Source: Minisyncoccota bacterium (lineage in GTDB: Bacteria > Patescibacteriota > Minisyncoccia > Phycocordibacterales > UBA1006). From it: a DNA stretch of 64,000 nucleotides. Below the pieces are notes generated by a model, which saw only the letters and a program-made list of their open reading frames with translations, searched no databases and was not told where the DNA came from. The stretch lies in the NCBI GenBank assembly GCA_036405175.1, contig DASWYC010000002.1, positions 321,700 through 385,699 on the forward strand. The letters run 5' to 3'. The translations under genes were made by a program, and so were the position numbers. Shown one piece after another: positions 54,023 through 63,767 of this stretch. Numbering within the stretch: the first letter of the stretch is position 1; each line of letters opens with the position of its first letter.

Positions 54023-55438
54023 TTATGAGTTTACGCGAGTAAATCCCGACCAATACATCCATCTGGTAAATTTTGAGTTTGAATCTGAGAATGCAATCAA
54101 ATACACATTAGTGATCACCAAGGTTACCAATACGGCAACCAAAGTTCCCAATCCAAAGGTCACAGCAAATCCTTTAATCAAGGTTGTTCCAAACCAGAAC
54201 AAGATGATTGATGAGGCAAGTGAGGTTACGTTTGCATCACGGATTGAAGGCCACGCACGCTGTACTCCATCGTGAACTGCCTGTTTTACCGTCTTTCCAT
54301 CACGAAGCTCTTCCTTAATACGTTCAAAGATCAGAATATTCCCATCAACGGCAATTCCAAGAGAGATAATGAATCCAACAATACCTGCAGCAGTGAGCGT
54401 TACTGGAACAAGCTTGAAGAGTGCCAACATGATAATGGCATACGAGATGAGTGAAAGCACACCGAGGAACCCACTAAAGCGATACCAAATGAGCATACCG
54501 AGCGCGATGATGATAAGCCCAAGTGCACCTGCACGGATTCCAGCATCAATTGCCCCACTTCCAAGTGATGGTCCGATGGTTGATGTTGATACCAATGTTA
54601 CCGGAACCGGAAGCGCTCCCGAGTTAAGACGTCCCACTAATTCTTTTGCTTCTTCAAAGGTAAAGTTTCCACTAATGATTGCTTCACCGTTGGTAATTTC
54701 TGTTTGTACGGTTGGTGCAGAAATAATATTACCGTCCAAATAGATTGCAATAGATTTTCCAATATTTTCTTTGGTCATCTTTGCAAAGAGTTCAGATCCT
54801 TCTTTATTAAATGCAATTGAAACGGTTGGAGATCCAGGAATCATTTGCTGTCCAACTTGTGAACCTTGCGTAAATTGAACGACTGCAGATTTAAGATACT
54901 TTCCCGTAAGTTCAGTAGTGAGGTAGGGATCTTTAAGATCTTCCATGTTTACTGAATTAAAACTTTGAGTTTCTTGAATCTTTCTAATAGCAGCATCGTA
55001 TTTTGCTTGATCAAAATTTGGATTTTCTGTTTTAAATTCAAGAAGCGGTGTTTGACCAATGGTTTTGTTTGCTTCTGCAACATCAGTAACTCCTGGAAGC
55101 TCTACCACCAAACGATATTCTTTTCCTGATCCAGGAAGGTTTACCGTTTCTGTCTGAATGCTTGGTTCAGAAACACCAAAGGCATTAATGCGACGCTCAA
55201 TAACATCACGAAGTGCTGCCATTGAATCACCGACATTTTTGCTGTCGATCTTTGAAACGTCAGCCTTGTATACCAAGTATGACCCTCCCGCAAGATCAAG
55301 CCCGAGGCGGAACTTTTTACCGTCTGGACGTTGCTGCCCCTGATAAATAAAGGTCGCAATCCCAAGTGTGGCTACAATGAAAAAAACAGCCCACAATTTT
55401 GGCATAATCGACTTCCAATTAAATGTAAATTTCTTCAT
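54023..55438 (-). CDS. secD: protein translocase subunit SecD
   Basis: LGLDLAGG, IERRINAFGVSEP, GALPVP and AVDGNILIFERIKEE. Confidence 0.97.
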   Translation of the reverse strand: MKKFTFNWKSIMPKLWAVFFIVATLGIATFIYQGQQRPDGKKFRLGLDLAGGSYLVYKADVSKIDSKNVGDSMAALRDVIERRINAFGVSEPSIQTETVNLPGSGKEYRLVVELPGVTDVAEANKTIGQTPLLEFKTENPNFDQAKYDAAIRKIQETQSFNSVNMEDLKDPYLTTELTGKYLKSAVVQFTQGSQVGQQMIPGSPTVSIAFNKEGSELFAKMTKENIGKSIAIYLDGNIISAPTVQTEITNGEAIISGNFTFEEAKELVGRLNSGALPVPVTLVSTSTIGPSLGSGAIDAGIRAGALGLIIIALGMLIWYRFSGFLGVLSLISYAIIMLALFKLVPVTLTAAGIVGFIISLGIAVDGNILIFERIKEELRDGKTVKQAVHDGVQRAWPSIRDANVTSLASSIILFWFGTTLIKGFAVTFGLGTLVAVLVTLVITNVYLIAFSDSNSKFTRWMYWSGFTRVNS

Positions 55439-55542
55439 AAGAATAGTAGAATTTTATGCCCATTTAGGCTGTTTTGCAAGGTTTTAATGGGTTGAAAGTA
55501 TTGCGTGATATTTTGGTGAAGATATTCGGAGAGGGTTTAATA

Positions 55543-55579
55543 ATATAAAGAGCGGCGCCTACGGCGCCGCTCTTTATAT
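55543..55579. terminator. GC-rich palindromic terminator (identical core at 61671-61699)
   Basis: ATATAAAGAGCGGCGCC-TAC-GGCGCCGCTCTTTATAT. Confidence 0.8.
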
Positions 55580-55584
55580 CCACT

Positions 55585-56085
55585 CTATTTCCCCACCTTT
55601 TCCTTTTTAGCCTGACACGTAGCGCACAAGCATCCTCCGTGCGGCTTAATGATTTCATCAAAGTACTCCTTTCCATAATCATAGGTAAGTTCGTCACCCT
55701 TTTTGATCTTTTTCCATGAGTAGATAAATACGCGACCCTTTTCAAGATTTGCCTCACAATTCGGTTTGCATTGATGATTAATGTATCGCGCAAGATTCTT
55801 GCGATCCTTTCCATCAATCGTTACCTTACTATTGATTTCAAAGAGATACTTTCCACCTCGAATATCTGCCTCTGCAGGAGTGATTCTTTCTCCGGTATAT
55901 TCAATGATGCGCTGACCAGGTTGAATATCCTGATCCGCAAAAAGTCCCATACCTGCATATGATTTTCCAATACGAACTTTTACATGCGGCTCGGCAAGCC
56001 ATTGCGATGGTTTTTGTGTTTCAGAATTTTTAGCAGACTTCTGAGTATCTGATTTTTTTGTGATCGTTGCTGATTTCGTAGTCAT
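55585..56085 (-). CDS. SET-domain protein (putative lysine methyltransferase)
   Basis: GMGLFA, IIEYTGE, ARYINHQCKPN, ELTYDYG and post-SET CLCATC. Confidence 0.92.
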   Translation of the reverse strand: MTTKSATITKKSDTQKSAKNSETQKPSQWLAEPHVKVRIGKSYAGMGLFADQDIQPGQRIIEYTGERITPAEADIRGGKYLFEINSKVTIDGKDRKNLARYINHQCKPNCEANLEKGRVFIYSWKKIKKGDELTYDYGKEYFDEIIKPHGGCLCATCQAKKEKVGK

Positions 56086-56174
56086 TGTTGAATATTGTAA
56101 GTGCGGGAGAATTTTTTTGCAAATAAAAAAGCTACTCCGACGGAGAGTAGCCTATGAACCGAGAACATCCTTGC

Positions 56175-56762
56175 TCAAACAACCTTGTAATCTTTTACAA
56201 CATGTGTGGCAATACCCAACTCAATGATTTGCTTATGAGTTAACAATCTATCTTTGTAAAAGAGATTCCCATCAAATAAGTAATTAAGGGCGGCTTCAGT
56301 TAATCCAATCCTTGAATAATATTTCTTTTGTATATCGTCATACGATTGCAGTTCTTCCACCATTTCTAAAAGCTCTTGCTTGTTTCTTGAGCCGGAAACA
56401 GTACGCATCGTTGCATGAAATACCATATTAGCTCCAGGATATAACACTCTCTTATCTCCCAGTAGAGCAATAATAATTGCTGCGCTTGAGCAGTTACCTG
56501 TTAGGTGAGTAATGATTTCAAACTTCTTTCTTTTACGTAGATTATCAAAGTAGTCATAGATACCAGTTGATACTCCAATTGTTCCGCCAAGAGATTCAAG
56601 ATAAATATTCAAGGCACTCGAACTCTGGAGTTGATTCAACTGAGGAGAGAGCTGATTCTGAATATTTCTTGGAGTATCATTTTGATCTAAGCTACCAGAT
56701 ATGAACACATCGATCATATGATGGTCTGCATATTCCTCAATATTAAATTCTTGTATTTCCAT
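56175..56762 (-). CDS. divergent ClpP-like serine protease
   Basis: IYLESLGG..GIYD, GNCSSAA (Ser), KR..P..MVFH (His) and KDRLL..ELGIA (Asp). Confidence 0.8.
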   Translation of the reverse strand: MEIQEFNIEEYADHHMIDVFISGSLDQNDTPRNIQNQLSPQLNQLQSSSALNIYLESLGGTIGVSTGIYDYFDNLRKRKKFEIITHLTGNCSSAAIIIALLGDKRVLYPGANMVFHATMRTVSGSRNKQELLEMVEELQSYDDIQKKYYSRIGLTEAALNYLFDGNLFYKDRLLTHKQIIELGIATHVVKDYKVV

Positions 56763-56810
56763 TTTTTATAGAAAGATTTAATGTTTATGATGAGTTTCAA
56801 TTTAGTACAT

Positions 56811-57869
56811 TTACCGTATCTTGTCAATAATCCCTCCCCATACAATTCTTTCGCCTTGATATACCACTAGCATCTGCCCTTCAGTTGGGCGTTCTAAAGA
56901 TTGAATGGTCACGGTTTGCGTATCGGTATCAAAACTTTTTACCATATACCGTGTCCCATGATAACGCACTTGAGCTTCAAGTTTTTTAACGTACTTAATT
57001 CGGGTAATTCCGTGATTTACCGTATTGCGAAGCTGCACCTCATACTTTTTAGGTTTTTCATTCTGCACAAATTGTGTACTCACTTTCAAAATATTTTTTT
57101 CAATATCTCTATCAATCACATACCACGCATGAGACTTTTTGAATTCATCAAACACGGTAAATCCGTGACGTTCACCTAATGTATATAAACGTGCGTCATC
57201 ATGTTTTCCAATTACCTCGCCTTGCTCATTTACCACATACCCCGGAATAAAATCAATATAATGTGCAAGAAAGTCCTTCATATCAATCATTCCCAAGAAG
57301 CACACACCTTGTGAATCTTTTTTTGCACGTGTTGGCAAGCTATACTTTTGAGCTAATTTGCGCGTTTCTGTTTTATGAAGTCCACCGAGCGGGAAAATCA
57401 CCTCTTTTAAAATCTTTGATTCTACGCCTGCCAAAAAATATGACTGATCTTTAAGAGGATCAAGGGCACACAAAAGTTTTCCGTTATCTGTTTGCGCGTA
57501 GTGTCCCGTTGCAATGAGTCCACCGCCATGCTCATCTACCCACTGTTTAAAAATACCAAACTTAATTTCTTTATTACACAAAATATCCGGATTTGGTGTG
57601 ATACCGTTTTTGTATCCATCGATCATATATTGCACCACCTCATTTTTGTATGCCTCACTCGTATCAAGATCAAGAAATGGAATAGCAAGATGAGCTGCAA
57701 CACGCATTGCATCTCTGCGATCCTCGCGCCACGTACATGGGATAAAATCCGGCTGCCATGGGCGAAGATAGACGCCAATAACCTCAAAACCCTTGTCTTT
57801 GAGCAAGGCTGCGGTTACGGAACTATCAACACCTCCTGAGAGGCCAACATAGACGCGACGGTTTTTCAT
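56811..57869 (-). CDS. mnmA: tRNA 2-thiouridylase MnmA
   Basis: SGGVDSS, TPNPDILCN, ATGHYA, KDQSYFL and KDSQGVCF. Confidence 0.97.
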   Translation of the reverse strand: MKNRRVYVGLSGGVDSSVTAALLKDKGFEVIGVYLRPWQPDFIPCTWREDRRDAMRVAAHLAIPFLDLDTSEAYKNEVVQYMIDGYKNGITPNPDILCNKEIKFGIFKQWVDEHGGGLIATGHYAQTDNGKLLCALDPLKDQSYFLAGVESKILKEVIFPLGGLHKTETRKLAQKYSLPTRAKKDSQGVCFLGMIDMKDFLAHYIDFIPGYVVNEQGEVIGKHDDARLYTLGERHGFTVFDEFKKSHAWYVIDRDIEKNILKVSTQFVQNEKPKKYEVQLRNTVNHGITRIKYVKKLEAQVRYHGTRYMVKSFDTDTQTVTIQSLERPTEGQMLVVYQGERIVWGGIIDKIR

Positions 57870-57962
57870 GGTGTAGTTATATCAGAAATTTGCGTTTGCG
57901 TCATCAAAAAATCTCTAGCAAAGTTGCCAGAGATTTAAAGAGGAACAAACTTAGGGGATCAC

Positions 57963-58568
57963 TTATTTTTCTTTATAAAGAATACTGAGCACCTCTTTCT
58001 CGTCCATATCAAATGATAAACCGTATCGCTCAAGCGACTTTTGTATTACGTCTATAGTACTAAGCCCTAAGCCAGCTACCGCACGGCGCGTATCAGTGTT
58101 TTTGTCGACTTTAAATAACACATGACCGTTGTCACTGAGAGATAGCGAGGCAATATCTGAGAGCCTCTTTACTTTAATCCTATCTAAAGCAGTTTTTGCA
58201 CGTGAATCTAAGCCTTCAACATTTGACAAAAGAGGATTTGCTTTAAGTTCAATCTTTTTTTGATTGATAATACCCATTGCATCTTCCCGACTCATTGCAA
58301 AAGCTAAATCAAACTCCTTTAATAATTCATAGATTTCTTCATAGGTCTTTTTGATAACAAGTTTTTTATTCTGTTTACCTTCTTCCAAGTTAGTGTCGAT
58401 GAGCAAAACCTTGTCTGCACCCACCTCAACAAGCAACATTGCCACATCTGAAAGACCTGGTAGGCCTAAATGTCTTACAAGAGGCTTATATGCCCTAATA
58501 CTCATCGAAACGTCATGGAGCGATATATCTCCTTCGGTGATCGGCTTTGGGATTACTATATTTTTCAT
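57963..58568 (-). CDS. hypothetical protein with a C-terminal RNAP alpha-CTD-like domain
   Basis: LDSRAKTALDRIKVKRLSDIASLS...VAGLGLSTIDVIQKSLERYGLSFDM parallels the alpha-CTD pattern LSVRxxNCL..GI..VxDL..NLGxKSxxEI..L...GLSLGM. Confidence 0.7.
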   Translation of the reverse strand: MKNIVIPKPITEGDISLHDVSMSIRAYKPLVRHLGLPGLSDVAMLLVEVGADKVLLIDTNLEEGKQNKKLVIKKTYEEIYELLKEFDLAFAMSREDAMGIINQKKIELKANPLLSNVEGLDSRAKTALDRIKVKRLSDIASLSLSDNGHVLFKVDKNTDTRRAVAGLGLSTIDVIQKSLERYGLSFDMDEKEVLSILYKEK

Positions 58569-58660
58569 TTTTAAATATGAGTTTTTAATTTTTAATTAGT
58601 ATATTTGAATAGCATTAAAGTATCACATATTCAGCGTACTGTCAATCTGATTGCCCCAAT

Positions 58661-58690
58661 AGAAAAGCCGCTTCCAGAGGTTGCGGTTCT
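58661..58690 (-). terminator. weak possible terminator of the putative ncRNA
   Basis: Minus strand AACCGCAACCTCTGGAAGCGGCTTTTCT, an imperfect stem followed by a U tract. Confidence 0.45.
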
Positions 58691-58734
58691 ATAGTATGTT
58701 TTGCTGTGACTAAAAAAGTTTCTTAAATATTTTT

Positions 58735-59058
58735 TGACAATTCAAAGAGTAAAAATTGGGACATCTTTTCTCTCATATAGCGAATTGTCGATTTGATCTT
58801 TAGATCATCTTAGATGATCCTTATTCCAGACTATTTCCCGAAAGAAAAAATCTGGAATAAGAACCACCTGTTAAGACGATGCTTATGAGATTATCTCCCT
58901 AGCAAGCTAGTTAAATAATCTCATGAGCACCACCTTGTGCAAGATAATCCTGATCGAGAGTATTTCCGAAGATCTACTCTCGATCAGAACTACCTTGTAT
59001 CAGATTGACCAGGTGGACACAATTTGCAAGCAAATTACGTCCACGCGATCAACCTAAC
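58735..59058 (-). ncRNA. putative novel structured ncRNA: four tandem rod hairpins plus 3' hairpins
   Basis: Units at 59055-59002, 58995-58942, 58935-58874 and 58869-58812. Stems close with G-U wobbles only on the minus strand; CUUG/UUCG tetraloops; no ORF; dedicated promoter. Confidence 0.75.
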
Positions 59059-59064
59059 AAAATC

Positions 59065-59093
59065 AGTATATATCTACTCTATAAATATGTCAA
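59065..59093 (-). promoter_or_regulatory. sigma70 promoter driving the hairpin array
   Basis: TTGACA(59093-59088)-N17-TATACT(59070-59065); predicted +1 near 59058, 3 nt before hairpin 1. Confidence 0.8.
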
Positions 59094-59098
59094 GACTT

Positions 59099-59125
59099 AA
59101 GAATGCTTAGTTGCTCCGTCCTACG
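59099..59125 (-). other. 3' arm of the 16S leader-trailer processing helix
   Basis: Pairs over 27/27 positions (including G-U) with 60867-60893 on the minus strand. Confidence 0.85.
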
Positions 59126-59278
59126 GCGCGTAATCGTTTAGTAGAAAAACTTATTGATTACCACGTCTTTGCTTATAGTATCGCTGCTATAAGAGCGAGT
59201 ACGCTTTGAAAACAAGTACTATTGTTTCTATCTGTAAAAAGAAGATCGACGCTACTGAAATCTTACGATTTCATTCCA

Positions 59279-60807
<1,529 letters not shown>

Positions 60808-60866
60808 AACTCTTCTTCTCATCTTTATCAATCACGTTGTGAAAGATTTTATTGTGAGAGAAAGTT

Positions 60867-60893
60867 CATAGAACAGAACAACTAAACATTCTT
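60867..60893 (-). other. 5' arm of the 16S leader-trailer processing helix
   Basis: AAGAAUGUUUAGUUGUUCUGUUCUAUG, complementary to the trailer CGUAGGACGGAGCAACUAAGCAUUCUU. Confidence 0.85.
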
Positions 60894-60977
60894 GTTTGTT
60901 GTCTTAATAATTGCACATTTAAGTAGATATTTAATTTGTAAGATGGGCAGTTAAAAAAGCTAACTGCAGTGCATCCT

Positions 60978-61006
60978 ATAATGAGGCATCGCGATTAAAA
61001 AGTCAA
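60978..61006 (-). promoter_or_regulatory. probable rRNA promoter
   Basis: TTGACT-N17-CATTAT. Confidence 0.55.
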
Positions 61007-61027
61007 GCGATTGTGGAAAAACCGCAA

Positions 61028-61612
61028 TTATGAATTTCGGGCGTCAAATAAAAGCTTTTTGAGGGCTTCGTGGAGTGGTTTATCTGCCACTGAATCCTGG
61101 GGTAAATTGAGTGCTTTTTTGAGTGTATTTACCTGGGCAACAAAGGCATCTCCTGCTTCTGCAACGATAGGCAATTTTTGATTGAGTGTAAGGTTAATAA
61201 TTTCACGATATTCACTTACACGCTTACCCATTGATTCTTTTTTAATCGTCACTGACTCACCAATAAGATCATCAAGGCGACGCATAAATCTATCAAAGTC
61301 TGCTTGTTTAATAGCCTGAATACGCGCAATGTCTTGTTGTGTTAAAAATGATTTTGTAATCGCTGGAGTCGTTGTTTGTTCTTCTGGTTGTGACTGAGAT
61401 TCTTCTGGGGTTTGTTGAGTGGTATTTGATGCTTGCACAGGATTTGAAGATGCTGGAGTTGGCGCTCCTTTAACATCTTTAAGGAGTGGACTCTGACTAT
61501 CAAATGCCATAGTACCGTGATTCTGAAGGAGTGATGTATAGGCAACATACACACCGTAAATAGCCGCAGCTACGAGGATAATCCAAATGAGTGAATCTGC
61601 AATGCGATTCAT
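61028..61612 (-). CDS. hypothetical single-TM protein with a low-complexity linker
   Basis: N-terminal TM and a Q/T/P/S linker; TATAAT lies 9 nt before the ATG. Confidence 0.75.
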   Translation of the reverse strand: MNRIADSLIWIILVAAAIYGVYVAYTSLLQNHGTMAFDSQSPLLKDVKGAPTPASSNPVQASNTTQQTPEESQSQPEEQTTTPAITKSFLTQQDIARIQAIKQADFDRFMRRLDDLIGESVTIKKESMGKRVSEYREIINLTLNQKLPIVAEAGDAFVAQVNTLKKALNLPQDSVADKPLHEALKKLLFDARNS

Positions 61613-61669
61613 AATTCTTTTATTATATCAAATGAGGATACGAGGGGTGTGGAATTGTTTGAGAAGTAT

Positions 61670-61700
61670 AAAAGAGCGGCGCCTACGGCGCCGCTCTTTT
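61670..61700. terminator. terminator after groEL
   Basis: AAAAGAGCGGCGCC-TAC-GGCGCCGCTCTTTT. Confidence 0.8.
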
Positions 61701-61720
61701 CTTATTTACTATACTTTTTA

Positions 61721-63352
61721 CTAGTACTCCATTCCACCCATCCCCATTGGTTGCTGTGGTTTTTCTTCAGGTTCTTCAACAATTGCCACGTCAGTAGTAA
61801 GGAATGTTCCTGCGGCAGATGCTGCATTTAAGAGTGCATTACGTGTCACTTTTACTGGATCAATAATTCCTGCACTAACCATATCATCGACAAACATGTC
61901 ATTGCGTGCATCATAGCCAGCAGATTCTAGCATTTCCTGCACCTTGTAGACCACCATTGATCCATCGCCTTTACCACCATTAATAGCAATTTGCTTAAGC
62001 GGTGCCTCACAGGCTGCACATACAATTTTATACGCCATCTCTTCTTCTTGAGACACAAATTCTTTTTTGGCATTCTGCACAGCTTGAGCAGCCTTAATAA
62101 GTGCACTTCCTCCCCCCGCAACAATTCCTTCTTCAAGTGCAGCTTTGGTTGCATTTACTGCATCTTCAATCTTGAGCTTAAGATATTTCATTTCAGTTTC
62201 AGTAGCTGCACCTACGCGGATTACGGCAATGCCACCGGTCATTTTTGCAATACGTTCTTGAAACTTTTCTTTGTCATAGACTGAATCAGTATTCGTCATG
62301 AGTGCCTTGAGCTGACCAACGCGTGATTGAATATCTGATTGAGAGCCTTTACCGCCAACAATAATTGTTTCATCTTTTTTCACCACAATTCTGTCAGCCT
62401 TTCCAAGAACTTCAAGCCCTTGCTCATCAAGCTTCATACCTTTCTCTTCTGATACAACCGTCGCACCCACCATAGTGGCAATATCATCAAGAAGCTCTTT
62501 TTTACGATCACCAAATCCTGGCGATTTAATAGCCACCACATTGAGTGATCCACGAATCTTATTCAGCACGAATGTTGCAAGTGCTTCACCGGTTACATCA
62601 TCAGCAATAATTACTAAATCCTTACGTCCTGTCTGTGAAAGTTTTTCAAGAATAGGAAGGATTACTTTAATACTTGAAATCTTTGCATCAGTAATAAGTA
62701 CTGGCGCAGATTCAACAATAGCTTCCATACGTTCCGTATCGCTTACCATGTAGGCAGAAACATATCCTTTATCAAAAGACATTCCTTCAACCACGTCACT
62801 CGTTAGTTCTGTGCCACGAGACTCTTCAACGGTCACCACACCCTCTTTACCAACTTTTTCAATGGTTTCAGCAATAATTGCACCGAGTTCTTCTGATTCA
62901 GCAGAAATGGTTGCTACTTGTTTGGTTTCTTCTGGGGTTGAAATTGGTTTTGACATCTTTTTGAGCTCATCAACAACATCATTGGTTGCGCGCTCAATAC
63001 CATGTTTAATAGCCATCACCTCAAGCCCTGACTCAACATATTTAAGCCCTTCATTAACAATAGCTTGCACTAATACCGTTGCGGTTGTGGTTCCGTCTCC
63101 CGCTTTTTCATTAGTTTTTGAGGCAACTTCTTTAACAATCTCTGCCCCCATGTTTTCAAATTTATCTTTGAGCGAAATTTCTTTTGCAATTGAAACACCG
63201 TCATTGGTGATAGTTGGTGATCCATACCCCTTATCAAGTGCAATATTGCGTCCACGAGGACCAATGGTTACTTTTACCGCATCAGCTACCACATCCATTC
63301 CAGTCTTAATAGCTCTGCGTGCGTCAGCATGAAAAAGAATTTGCTTTGCCAT
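61721..63352 (-). CDS. groL: chaperonin GroEL
   Basis: TIGPRGRN, AGDGTTTAT, GIIDPVKV and the GMGGM tail. Confidence 0.99.
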   Translation of the reverse strand: MAKQILFHADARRAIKTGMDVVADAVKVTIGPRGRNIALDKGYGSPTITNDGVSIAKEISLKDKFENMGAEIVKEVASKTNEKAGDGTTTATVLVQAIVNEGLKYVESGLEVMAIKHGIERATNDVVDELKKMSKPISTPEETKQVATISAESEELGAIIAETIEKVGKEGVVTVEESRGTELTSDVVEGMSFDKGYVSAYMVSDTERMEAIVESAPVLITDAKISSIKVILPILEKLSQTGRKDLVIIADDVTGEALATFVLNKIRGSLNVVAIKSPGFGDRKKELLDDIATMVGATVVSEEKGMKLDEQGLEVLGKADRIVVKKDETIIVGGKGSQSDIQSRVGQLKALMTNTDSVYDKEKFQERIAKMTGGIAVIRVGAATETEMKYLKLKIEDAVNATKAALEEGIVAGGGSALIKAAQAVQNAKKEFVSQEEEMAYKIVCAACEAPLKQIAINGGKGDGSMVVYKVQEMLESAGYDARNDMFVDDMVSAGIIDPVKVTRNALLNAASAAGTFLTTDVAIVEEPEEKPQQPMGMGGMEY

Positions 63353-63355
63353 ACA

Positions 63356-63664
63356 TTAATTATTTTCAACTACAATTGCTAAAATCGACTCTTCGCGGAG
63401 AATCAAGAGATTCTCATCATTTATTTTTACCTCCTCAGGAGTGAATTTTGAAAAAAGTACGGTGTCTCCAACGCTTACTGACATCGGAATAATTTCACCT
63501 TTGTCATTACGCGATCCTGGACCAACCGCAATGACTACCCCCTGTTCTGGTTTTTCTTGGGAAGCAGTATCAGGGATATAAATTCCTGAAGCCGTAACTT
63601 GATCCCTGGTGAGGGCTTTTACGACTACTCTGTTTGAAATTGGCTGTAAATGAACATCATTCAT
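63356..63664 (-). CDS. groS: co-chaperonin GroES
   Basis: PISNRVVV, TASGIYIPD, AVGPG and VGDTVLFSK. Confidence 0.98.
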   Translation of the reverse strand: MNDVHLQPISNRVVVKALTRDQVTASGIYIPDTASQEKPEQGVVIAVGPGSRNDKGEIIPMSVSVGDTVLFSKFTPEEVKINDENLLILREESILAIVVENN

Positions 63665-63699
63665 AGCTACTACTTATCTTGAATTACTAATATGATTCT

Positions 63700-63750
63700 A
63701 TTGTAGAAAAGTTTTGACAATAGTCAAACGGGCGTTATCGGTGTGACAAA
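63700..63750 (-). promoter_or_regulatory. groESL promoter and putative heat-shock operator
   Basis: TTGACT-N16-TACAAT; overlapping TTTGACAAT-N5-AACGGGCGTT-N5-TGTGACAAA (63713-63750). Confidence 0.7.
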
Positions 63751-63767
63751 AATATCAGATATTCTTG

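Noticed and set aside
58812-59055. CRISPR or TIGR array interpretation of the hairpin array
   Set aside because: There are no identical direct repeats, the variable parts are self-complementary rather than free spacers, no consistent box C/D-like motifs are seen, and no cas or Nop-domain gene is in the window.
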